Source: a virus
Taxonomy: Duplodnaviria > Caudoviricetes
Length of the DNA stretch: 38,932 nucleotides
Virus record (IMG/VR): IMGVR_UViG_3300033562_002159
Location: 1-38,932 of that record
Direction: 5' to 3' (one strand)
Shown here: one piece after another, positions 25,165 through 34,873 of the stretch
Position numbering within the stretch: the stretch's first letter is position 1
How the letters are laid out: each line of letters starts with the position of its first letter
The notes under the pieces: generated by a model
Told to the model about the DNA's origin: nothing
Seen by the model: only the letters and a program-made list of their open reading frames with translations
Database searches by the model: none
Program-made: the position numbers and the translations under genes

Positions 25165-25377
25165 TTATTTATTAAATTTTATTTCTTTTTTTGATATAGT
25201 GATTATTTTTTCACCATCAATATTTCAAATTTTTTGATTAAAGACTTTACATTTTACATTATCTCAAAGTTCTTCAATTATAACTCATTCATAAAGAGGA
25301 TATCATTCATTCTTTTCTCAAATGAACCAAATATCACTTCAAGGATATATGATTTTTTTTGCTGTAAATTTTCTCAT
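25165..25377 (-). CDS. Hypothetical protein (70 aa)
   Basis: TAATG-coupled to the upstream DpdA-like gene; open in code 25. Confidence 0.55.
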
Positions 25378-26171
25378 TATATTACATCTTTTATCATACT
25401 TATATTTTTTAAAATACAAGCCAATTGACTTGTACTTAATATTCAATCGTAATTAAAGTCTACTTTTTCTTTAATTTTTCAACCTGGTATTTGTAAATCT
25501 TGATTATATGTTTTATTATACATTCAAGTCATAAAAGCACTACAACTATCATTACTTACAATCCAAGAATATTGTTTTACATCAATTAAATCTTGTAAAG
25601 ATTCTCATAATCATAATAAATGAACCGGCTTATTGATATCAAGATAGAAGTCTAACATTTCCATCATTATTTGTCTAGATTTAGTTATTTCAACTTTATC
25701 TTTTTCTCAAACACTTTTTGTAATACTTAATATTGACATAGCTATCATATCTACCTTTTCATTTTTTAATGCCCATTTAAATCATAAACAGTAAGTCATT
25801 AAATTATCAGCTTGTACCACATAAGCTAATTTTCATTTATATCAATAAGAGGTTGCTAATATAGAAAATTCTTCAAAAGCTTCTTGTGTTTTTTTATTAT
25901 CATAAAGATGGTCTGGACAAAATATTACATCAACTTCTAATAACATTGCTTTTATAATTAGATTTTCAGCATCTTCTGGCTCTCAATTTTCAAATAATCA
26001 ATTATCAAGATAAAGTTTTTTTCAAGTTCTTTGAAATTCTTTCACTTGTTTAGCATATTCATTATCACATTGTATATTTAAAAGATGAGATAATACTAAA
26101 AGAAAATCACTTTGTCATCCTATTTTAGGGTCGTTTATATATTTTGTAGGTGTAATTATACAATACTTCAT
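25377..26171 (-). CDS. dpdA: DpdA-like DNA guanine transglycosylase (TGT fold, 264 aa)
   Basis: LYLDNGLFENG; IFCPD; AYVVQA; KPVHLLGLG; SNDSCSAF, matching TGT/DpdA motifs; clustered with folE/queD/queE. Confidence 0.8.
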
Positions 26172-26251
26172 AAAACTTAACTTAAAAAATAAAAATAGTT
26201 TTGAATCGTTTCGGATTTTCTTTAATTTAATCTATTTTTATATCAATTATT

Positions 26252-26392
26252 TTATCTACTTTTCTTTTTAGGATATAGAATAAAATAAATTAAATCACAA
26301 ATTTTTAATTTTTCAATAGTTAAATCAATTCAAGTTTCTTTCTCTTCTTTCTCAAGATACTCAAATCTTTCTTTTAATTCATCAATGCTCAT
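26252..26392 (-). CDS. Small hypothetical protein (46 aa)
   Basis: MSIDELKERFEYLEKEEKETGIDLTIEKLKICDLI; short ORF with an AT-rich leader. Confidence 0.45.
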
Positions 26393-26481
26393 AAATTTAT
26401 ATTAGTATAGTATTGTAAATAAGTATCTTGTTTTTACTTGAAAAATATATCTTTGTTCTTTTTTTTTCAAATTCTTTAAGT

Positions 26482-27165
26482 TTAAGTTCTTTCGCTTCTT
26501 TTATTTCATTTATTTGTATCATTTTTTAGTTTTAAGATTCAAAATGCCATATAATTCAAAACATCAATTAATTCATCATATATTTTAGGTTCAATTTTAT
26601 CTAAATTAGTAATTCTATGTAATTTCATTTCACACAAATTTGCTAAACCTTGTATTGTTAAAATCTTCCAACTATCTCAATACATCTTTGTTCTTTCGAT
26701 CATTAAATTATGAGCCTCTCTTAATATTTTTTCAATTTTCTCCATATCATTTACTTCTTCTTCTATTACTTCTTCTTCTTCTATTACTTCTTCTTTTTCC
26801 AAAATAATTAACTCACTTAACTTATTTAACTTATTTAATAAATCTTCAGATATTGAGTAGTTAATTGACTCTAGTATTCATTTTACAAAGTTTTGAAATT
26901 CAATATCTTTAGTAAATTTCTCATCAAATTCTTTTGCTTCATTAATTTTTTGTCTTTTTTTAAGTTCTTCTAAGTAATATTTTATTACTTGTTCAAATCT
27001 ATTTTTTCAACAAGCAATATCCATTAATGTCTCTTTTGACATTTTATTTATAACTTCATTATTGTATTTTTTTTTATTTAATTGTTCAAATCTTTTTTTT
27101 AACTCTAAAAATCTTTCAACCTCATAATCACGAAGCTCTCTGTTATATTTTGGACTTATTATCAT
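26482..27165 (-). CDS. Protein with a C-terminal DUF1599 (all-alpha NTP-pyrophosphatase-like, nucleotide-modification-associated) domain (227 aa)
   Basis: ERTKMYGDSWKIL...EMKLHRI...YDELIDVLNYMAF; acidic EEVIEE linker. Confidence 0.72.
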
Positions 27166-27167
27166 AA

Positions 27168-27524
27168 TTACATATTAGCATATAAATTTACTCCATTTTC
27201 TCAATCTTCATTGATTGATATTTTGTTTATAGAATACTCTGGAGAAAAATACTCTAAAAGAGCTTCAGCTACTTGTTCGCAACTTCATACACTATATCAC
27301 ATATAAATTCATTCAGTTTTTTTGTAAAGATTTTCAATAGCTTTCGCAACTTCATTTTGCATAATAAAAAACTCTAACTCTCTATCATTATGAGTAACTT
27401 CAAACTCAATCTCAATATTAAAAATATGTCTATGTACATCTCTTAGAAAAATAACCTCTTCTGGAGCATTACTCCACTTATGATTACCAATAAATGCAAA
27501 CTTTACATTTATAAACTTTTTCAT
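27168..27524 (-). CDS. QueD-like T-fold protein, DpdL-type candidate CDG decarboxylase (118 aa)
   Basis: HKWSNAP..VIFLRDVHRHIF (LxxxHRHxF); HNDRELEF; GSCEQVA; NEDGENG; ORF-track 27309..27524 extended through TGA. Confidence 0.75.
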
Positions 27525-27591
27525 AATATTACTTTAAATAATAAAATATTTATAAGGTGTTTTTAATTCTTCTCTGAACTTTTATCTTACA

Positions 27592-27636
27592 AACACATCT
27601 TACTTCTTTTTCTTTTTTAGACAACTTTTTTATCTA
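27592..27636 (-). promoter_or_regulatory. Repeated promoter copy overlapping the end of the MT-A70 gene
   Basis: TAGATAAAAAAG-TTGTCT-N16-TAAGAT. Confidence 0.8.
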
Positions 27637-28180
27637 TAAAAATACTGTTTTCTATTTGATTTCAAAATACATCCCATCATTCAGTTGAATTTCTTGCAAA
27701 AAGTTCTAATTTATTTCAATTACACATTTTTTCAATATTGCTTCTAATAATATCAGGTTTTTTAGAATGTCACTCCCTATCAGCAATTATAACATTACTA
27801 ATATTTTTATTCAATATTTTAGGCTTTCACTTTACACCAATCAAACAAGCTTCTACATTACTTCTAGTATAAGATCATATACCAAAACATATTTTTTTAC
27901 TCTTTGGATAAGTTTTTACCCAATTAAATCAAATAGTTTTATACTTAAATCACCAACTCTCAATTACCTCAATTCATTCTTTAATTAGAGGGAATGTAAT
28001 CCATATAAATAAAATACAATCATTGTTGCAAATTTTATTAACATCTAGATTTTTTATATCATTTAATGTCATTGATTTATAATACTTCGCTGTCTCTCAA
28101 CTATTATTTTCAATATAATTAGCTCTTTTTGAATTATAACTCCGAGGTGGATCTGCATAAATTACATCATATTTCTTCAT
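27617..28180 (-). CDS. MT-A70 family adenine N6-methyltransferase (187 aa)
   Basis: KYDVIYADPP[CGG]SY; LFIWITFP; SWGFKYKT; GSYTRSNVE; HSKKP; LELFAR...GWDVFGNQ. Confidence 0.93.
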
Positions 28181-28198
28181 AGTTAAAAATATAAAAAA

Positions 28199-28402
28199 TT
28201 AAAATCATTTTAAACTAAATCATAATTGAAAAATATTCCACAATAATTCATTATCAACTGTTTGAGATTTAAGTTTAAAACTAAAATCTTTTCAATAAAT
28301 ATTAATTAAATCTTTACTTACAAATTCAAAATCTAATAAATTTATTATTGATTTATTTTCATAAGTTTTTATAAGTTTTCAATATCTAAAAGCTGCTATC
28401 AT
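28199..28402 (-). CDS. Hypothetical protein (67 aa)
   Basis: Open in code 25 between queE and the MT-A70 gene. Confidence 0.5.
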
Positions 28403-28421
28403 AAAAATGTATTAAAAAATA

Positions 28422-29111
28422 TTATTTTCATTTTCAATTTCAAAACCACAACAAATGAGATCTTGTACAATATCTATAATTTTTCAATAAGCAATATTGA
28501 ATCAAATAATGATTTATTTGAGATTTTATATCAATTCACAAAGGCATTAAATAAATTAACATATCTTTAATTTGCTCTTTATATTTTTTTAGAAATTGTT
28601 CCATTTCTTTGATATCTTTTAAATTTCAAATAACAAATTTTAAATCTTTATTTCAAGTCCATCAAATAGAATTAAATATTTGCATATCATATTCTTTATT
28701 TCAACTCATTCAAAGTTTAGGACTTATATTTGTTTGTAATAAATTTATTCATCTTGTTAATTCTTTACTTCAATTAGTCTCTAATTCATAACTATAGTAA
28801 TCGCAATCTACTACTAAAGAAAGTAATTTATCTTGAATGGCTATAATTTGTTCTTGAAATAAGGTTGGCTCTCATCAAGTGAAAATTATATGCTTACAAG
28901 GATATGATTGTATTTTCTTAATAATTTCCTCTAAGTGCATCATTTGAGCTTTTTCTATTAAAGGATCCCAACTATATTTTGAATCACAGAAATCACATTT
29001 TAAATTACATCACCAAAATCTTATAAATATTGACGACTTTCAAACATTTCTTCACTCTCATTGAAGAGAGTAAAAAATCTCACTTATTGGAATTAAAATT
29101 TTATCTTGCAT
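28422..29111 (-). CDS. queE: 7-carboxy-7-deazaguanine synthase (radical SAM, 229 aa)
   Basis: EIFYSLQGEG...FIRFWGCNLKCDFCDSKYSW; IIFTGGEP; IETNGS; NISPK. Confidence 0.95.
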
Positions 29112-29135
29112 ATTTTTTTATTAAAATTAAAATAA

Positions 29136-29169
29136 TATTTTCAATTAAGAAAAAACTTAATTGAAAATA
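29136..29169. other. Perfect inverted repeat at the 5' end of the queE transcript
   Basis: TATTTTCAATTAAG-AAAAAA-CTTAATTGAAAATA just downstream of a promoter copy. Confidence 0.6.
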
Positions 29170-29207
29170 ATATACTCCTATTTTTTTTTAGACAACTTCT
29201 TTATCTA
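29168..29207 (-). promoter_or_regulatory. Repeated promoter copy (TAGATAAAGAAG-TTGTCT...TATATT)
   Basis: Variant of the repeat upstream of queE; spacer 15 or 17 depending on the -10 chosen. Confidence 0.7.
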
Positions 29208-29215
29208 CTTTTCCC

Positions 29216-29485
29216 TTAAAATCAAAATATAAATTTAGATAATGTTTTTTTTTGTGATAACTCTAAACAATTATCAAATATCTCTTGAATAGTTTCAGAG
29301 GTGGATTCACCTTGATATCTCCGATTAAAATAATCTCTACACTCTTCATTAAATTTTCAAAATGTTTTATATTGTTTTTGATAATTTTCTATTTTAGAAT
29401 ATTTATCTAATTGTTTTTAAGTTTTCAATTTATACAATTGTTTTCTTAATTGTATAAAACTATAATAAACTCACTCTCAATACAT
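29216..29485 (-). pseudogene. Hypothetical 89-codon ORF interrupted by one in-frame TAA (29417-29419)
   Basis: ATG at 29485; the frame continues with protein-like composition for 66 codons after the TAA. Confidence 0.4.
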
Positions 29486-29510
29486 AATATAAAATTATTA
29501 TAATAAACAC

Positions 29511-30227
29511 TTAATCTCTTTTCTTACAATGGTACCAAAATTCATTTCTTGTTGCTTCACTATGTAAAAATAAACCTCACATCAATGCAGTAGCTGTACT
29601 ACTACACGGTTCCTCAACTCATCTAACTTTCATACAATTATGAATACAATCAATTGAAATTGCTATATTTTCAGTTTGTAATTTATTTTTAAGAAATTCA
29701 AATATTTCTTGAATTAAAAATTCTTGAGTTTGGGGTTTTCTTGAAAAAAAATCTACAATTCTACTAAATTTTGACAATCAAATTATTTTTTTTCCTGGAA
29801 TGTATGCAATTTGACAATATCAATCAAAGTTTTGAAAATGATGAGCACACATACTGTGTACTTCAATATCTTTAACAACAACCATTCAATTATAATTATT
29901 CTTATTGTCAAAGTCTGTTATTTTAAGATCTCAAATATCATTAAATAATGATGAGCAAGTTTCATTTATATACATTCTAGCTACTCTGTCAGGAGTACCT
30001 ACAAAATTATCATCATTAAGATCTAGTCATAAAGCTAACATAAAATCTTTAAAAGTTCTTTCAATTTCTGCTTTTTTATTCATTTTATTTTTATTAAAAA
30101 TTAAATTTGCTTTGTAATTAATATATAATTTTCAAGCTTGTGATGAGTTTTCAAAATCATAACTATGTACTTCGTTTTGTTCTCATTGAGTTTTTGTACA
30201 ACTTTTATCTTTTTTTAAATTAAACAT
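29511..30227 (-). CDS. folE: GTP cyclohydrolase I (238 aa; alternative start at 30083 gives 190 aa)
   Basis: [54 protein letters not shown]. Confidence 0.95.
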
Positions 30228-30244
30228 ATTTAAATAATTAATAA

Positions 30245-30700
30245 TTAACAATATGGATTATATGTAGCTGAACTTGTTGGAGTTTCCCACACCTTAAGAT
30301 AAATAAGTTTTATATCATATTCATCATTAAGAGGTTTTTTAATCATTTCAAACCAGAATTTTGCCAAATTTTCTGCAGTAGGAATAAAATTCACAAAATG
30401 CATTTTGGCTGCATCTTGATCTTCAAAACTTAAAAGTAAATTAAGTATGTTTACATATTTATCATCTTTATAAAAAACAGCTCAATGATCAAAAAATTTA
30501 TCAATATAATTTATCATTATTTTTTTTAAGTCTGAATAATCTACAACCATTCAAGTGTTTGCTACTCAAGATTTTTGAATAACTTCTCATTCAACTCAAG
30601 CTTCAATCACATATCTATGTCAATGTAAATTTCTACATTTACTTTCGTGATTTGGTATTCTGTGAGCCATATCAATTTCTATTTGCTTTGTAATTAACAT
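30245..30700 (-). CDS. queD: 6-carboxy-5,6,7,8-tetrahydropterin synthase (151 aa)
   Basis: MAHRIPNHESKCRNLHGHRY; GMVVDYSDLK; FDH; PTAENLA; VWETPTSSA. Confidence 0.95.
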
Positions 30701-30710
30701 TTTTATTTAG

Positions 30711-31028
30711 TTAAGAATTATTTATATGTAAATTATCTAATCTACAATTTTTTTTATTTCAATCTTTATATTTAACAAAATTGGAAGCTTTTCATACAAA
30801 AGTTTCGTATACTAATTTTGCTACATCGAAGTGTGTACAACTTCAATCATGCCGTTGAATTTGAGAATATCAATACTTAGAAAAATCTAATTTTTTAATT
30901 TTTTCTTTAATTTTTCTAAAGTTATTATTACCTACATGTACTAATCTTGAAAGACTTTTAATCTCTCAAAAATTACTAATTTCATAACAATCCTCAAATC
31001 ACTCAATAACCTTCCATTCTTTTTTCAT
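30711..31028 (-). CDS. NUMOD4 domain protein with a degenerate HNH motif (105 aa)
   Basis: EWKVIEGFEDCYEISNFGEIKSLSR; KLVYETFVG...VKYKDGNKKNCRLDNL (catalytic His absent). Confidence 0.82.
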
Positions 31029-31037
31029 AACCTCAAC

Positions 31038-31193
31038 TTAAAGAATATTTATTATTTTATCAACTATATAAAAAGCAATATCTATAGGTAAAAATATAGG
31101 TAAAAATATATATATAATTCACCACATAATTCACCATACTTTAAATGTATAAATCATTGAAACTAACCAATAAACAAATCAAATTATTTTCAT
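31038..31193 (-). CDS. Small hydrophobic membrane protein (51 aa)
   Basis: MKIIGFVYWLVSMIYTFKVWGIMWGIIYIFLPIFLPIDIAFYIV. Confidence 0.55.
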
Positions 31194-31714
31194 AGTTTTA
31201 AAATTAGATTATAAAATTTAAAACTTCATATTTTAATTTCCTCAATAATATTTTTTTCTAAACATTTTTCAAGAAATTCTTTTCAAAATTTTGAAATAAA
31301 TTGATCTCTACGAATAGGTTTTTTTCTTTCTTTTAGAAATTTTACCATATCATTAAATTCATTTTTTACTTCTTTTTCATTAATCACTTCATCATTTTTT
31401 ACTTCTTTTTTCTTAGTTATTTTTTTATCTTTTCTTGATTTAATAACTTTTTCAACTATTTTTTTATCTTTTCTCATTTGATCTTCTACATCATTTTCAT
31501 TTACATTACTTTCAAATATTTGAATATTTGAAAGTTTCATAATTTTCGATTCAAATAACCGATGTGGATTATGATTTTTCCGAAGTGTAACCCTTCTTTT
31601 TCAATTAAGAGTTAACCACTTCAATTCTTTCTCTTTGTTATTATGATTAGAAATTACTACTCTTTTTTCATCATTATATTTATAATGAATGAATTCTTTT
31701 ATATTGTGTAACAT
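31184..31714 (-). CDS. Hypothetical protein (176 aa), possibly DNA-binding
   Basis: Extends ORF-track 31283..31540 both ways through TGA; NGKRRVTL[CGG]KN segment resembles NUMOD4/HNH-associated beta hairpins. Confidence 0.6.
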
Positions 31715-32021
31715 AAAATTAGAATTAAAAATATAATTTTTTATTTAATTAAATTATTTAAAATATTTTCAGATAGTTTAATATTATTTAATATAATATC
31801 TATATTAAAAATAATATATTTTCATTGAACTACTCTTGAAGTTTTTCATAATTCTATTTTTTGTTATTATAGATTTATGTTTTATAATTAATTTTCATAT
31901 TAATTCTTCTTTTGTAAGTTCCTGATTATATTTTTTCATAATAATTAAATTATAATATAAAATTTAAATTTGTATTGTTATCAATTTCTCTTAATTGCGA
32001 GAGGTTGTTATCTCAAACTTG

Positions 32022-32066
32022 AATACATCTTACTCATTTTTCTTTTTTAGACAACTTTTTTATCTA
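32022..32066 (-). promoter_or_regulatory. Repeated promoter copy
   Basis: TAGATAAAAAAG-TTGTCT-N16-TAAGAT. Confidence 0.8.
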
Positions 32067-32072
32067 AATATA

Positions 32073-32468
32073 TTAATTTTTCTCATAAAATTCAATAATA
32101 TTTATTGCATCTAGTGCTCAATAAGCAATTTCAGCACCTACATTATTTATTTCTTCTAATTTTTTAATCCATTCCCTTTGTTCTTTTGAAACAATACTAA
32201 CACTTGTTCATAATTCTCAATTTTTTAATCTTTTTTTCTTTCTCTTTAATTCTAAAAATAATAAACTTCATCTTTTTAAAATAATCATAAAATCTGGTAC
32301 TCAAGAAGACATTCACATATCTTTTTTCTTTTTCATCATTTTTATAATATTATAAGTTCATTTTTGTCCACTCTCATTTGCAATATGAGAAAATTTATAC
32401 TTTTTTAATCTTAGCCACTCAGCTAATGTTATAGCTTCTTCATCTTCAAGAGGTATTATGTTATTCAT
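32073..32468 (-). CDS. VRR-NUC / PD-(D/E)xK nuclease (131 aa)
   Basis: FSHIANES...KKDMGMSSGVPDFMI...LFLELKR...VSKEQREWIKKL. Confidence 0.9.
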
Positions 32469-32835
32469 AATTTAATCAAGTTTTATAGGTTTCAATTTCA
32501 TACTTTAATTGATTTATAGTTAAATCTTTTCTTGTTGTTATTCAATATCTTTTATAAATAACTAATTTTTCATTCTCGTATTCACCTCAAATTTTTTCTA
32601 CATATTTTCTTATAAAAAAATCTAAATCTTGAAGTAATTTATTTCTATTTTCATCGTCTCAACATCAAATATCCTCAAATACTAAAGCTCATAAACTTCA
32701 ATCTCTATTTAATTGAAATAATTTTTGCTCTAATTCATTAGAATAATCTTCCTTTTTTACAATAAAGGTAATTTTCAATTCTTCAAATTTATTTTTTGAA
32801 ATATTTTGTATTTTTGTCTCTTTAATAATTAACAT
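32461..32835 (-). CDS. Hypothetical protein (124 aa)
   Basis: Open in code 25; C-terminal KRYGITTRKDLTINQL. Confidence 0.6.
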
Positions 32836-32839
32836 AATT

Positions 32840-33292
32840 TTATTTTTTATAATTTAAAATATTAATCTTTTCTCAATTTAAAATCCTTTTCTCAATTTCT
32901 CTCTTGTTTCAAGTTACATATTTATCAACTAATCAATGTTCTTTTAATCATTTAACAATACATATATTATTTTTAAATAGTCGCAAATATGCAAATTGAT
33001 TTTTATTTAATATGTGAGCAAAGCACCAAACTTTAACATCATTGATACTAAATTTATCTCAAGATATTTCACAAGTTAAATTTCAATCCTCATCTTGATT
33101 TTCAATTAAAATAGAATTAAACATTGCTTTTTCACCTCATCAAGAGTTTATTTTTTCTTGTTTTTTTCTTGAAACTAATTTTATTTTTTTTGTTAGTTTT
33201 TTATAAACATTTTCCTCAAAGTAACAAATTGAACAATAAGGTATTAATGGATTTTTATTTAAAACTCAACACTTTTTACAATATTTTGCCAT
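32840..33292 (-). CDS. NinG-like / HNH-family nuclease with N-terminal CxxC zinc ribbon (150 aa)
   Basis: CKKCG...CSIC; CEISG...FAHILNKNQFAYLRLFKNNI...EH...D. Confidence 0.65.
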
Positions 33293-33295
33293 TTT

Positions 33296-33760
33296 TTAAT
33301 TTTTAATTTCTAAAATCTTATTTTTAATTTCAATTTTTTTTAACTTTTCTAATTTTTCAATAGTTGTTTCTAAATTAAATTTTTTTTCTTCAAAAGCTAA
33401 TTTCTTTAAAATTTCATCTCTTTTTAGTATAAAATTTTTTTTAATATTTGGATAAATTTTTTTTAATATTTGTTGATTTCTTTTTCTACTTTCCTCTCTC
33501 TCTTCTTCTGTATATAATTTCTTAAGTTCTTTAGGTGTAGGTAAAGATAAATAAAGAGTTTTTCATTTTTCTTTTTTTATTTGAGAAAAATATAAATTGC
33601 AATCATAATTAAGTAAATATACTTTCTTCTTTCAATCTTTTGTTAATTTTTCAACCATATCATTCCATTGTTGAAGAGTTTTATTATTTAGAATATATTC
33701 CTCATTATCGAAGGTTGTAACAATAACAATATTTTTAACTAAGTCACTGCTGTTACTCAT
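33296..33760 (-). CDS. Hypothetical protein (154 aa) downstream of the replication initiator
   Basis: Open ORF overlapping the initiator stop; charged helical C-terminus. Confidence 0.6.
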
Positions 33761-34548
33761 GTATATAAATTATTAATATAATGTTTCTTTGCTGGATCAA
33801 TTAAAACAATAAAATAAGGAATTCATTCTCTATTCTTAGATCTCAATTTATCAATTGTTTGAATTTGATCTAACCAATAAAAATTTTTTCAAGGATTATT
33901 TATTTTTGAATCACAAGTAATAAAAGAAATAATAAAAGTAATTTCTTTTTCAGAAAATCCATCAATTCTTTTTAATTTGTTAACCGAATTAGCAAATATT
34001 TGTATAATTTCTTTTTCGTTTTTTGATTTTAATTTATATAAAATAGAAGGAGTTTTATTATTAATGTGAGCATTAAAAAAAATTTTAGCCTCTATGTATT
34101 CAAAACCTTCTTGAAAATATAATAAATCATTTACTTGAGGATATAATGCCTTCTTTATTATTATTTCTTTATTTGTAATTCTATCTTTATTAGTTTGCGG
34201 ATTTTCCGTCACCGGATTTTCCGTCACCGGATTTTCCGTCACCGGATTTTCCGTTATGGTATTAATTGATTCACTATATAAAATATATTCAACATCCCAT
34301 TGTCATTTATTATTTTTAAATCTTTTTCTTATTAAATATCAAAGATTTTCAAGTTCTGCTAATCAACTCGAAATTCAATCTTTTCAATCTTTTCAATCTT
34401 GACATATTCTATTTACTGCAAAATCCCAATTATCGGGCTTACTTTGAATATATCAAAATAATCATTTAGCTTTAAATGTTAAATCTTTATTATTTAATAC
34501 ATTATTTGGAGTTATACCAAATCTGTCAATTATAGTTAATTTACTCAT
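33739..34548 (-). CDS. Phage replication initiator (N-terminal winged HTH, internal iterons; 269 aa)
   Basis: PNNVLNNKDLTFKAKGLFGYIQSKPDNWDF...DGKDGISSGLAELENLGYLIR; internal TENPV repeats. Confidence 0.88.
34198..34254. repeat. Four 15-bp-period iterons (CGGATTTTCCGT-CAC), probable replication origin
   Basis: Exact tandem GC-rich, internally palindromic repeats inside the initiator gene, next to an AT-rich tract. Confidence 0.85.
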
Positions 34549-34587
34549 TTTATTAAAATAGAAAATAAAATTATATAAAAATATAAC

Positions 34588-34842
34588 CTATCATGTATTT
34601 TTTTCTAATTCATTTTCTCTTTGATTTTTTAATAAAATATCAAAAGTTTTTTCCGAAATTCACAAAGCTCAACAAATCTTCAAAATAGTCCTCTTTTGAG
34701 GCTTATTTTTATTTTTATTATTTATTACTCTATAATATGTATTTACATTAATTATTTTATTCATTCCTTTAGGTAAACTTATTCATCTCAATTGTCTCAA
34801 CTTATCAAAAGTCAAAGTTTCAATTTTTATTTTTTTATCCAT
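34588..34842 (-). CDS. XRE/Cro-like HTH transcription regulator (84 aa)
   Basis: FDKLRQLRGIS...INVNTYYRVINN...PQKRTILKICGALGIS. Confidence 0.75.
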
Positions 34843-34873
34843 TTTATTTTATTATAAATATAAAACTTAATTA

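Noticed and set aside
26752-26800. Short tandem repeats here and at 18940-19000, 31085-31135, 34875-34950
   Set aside because: In-frame low-complexity coding duplications (EEVIEE, DLKKED, IFLP, KKPT) with no sign of separate function
33739-33760. ATGA overlaps (also near 31190) and TGA-TAG at 34588 as evidence that TGA still acts as a stop
   Set aside because: Each frame reaches TAA or TAG a few codons later, and TGA is so frequent that such coincidences are expected
34198-34254. CRISPR array
   Set aside because: 15-bp tandem period with identical 3-bp linkers, in frame within a gene; fits iterons
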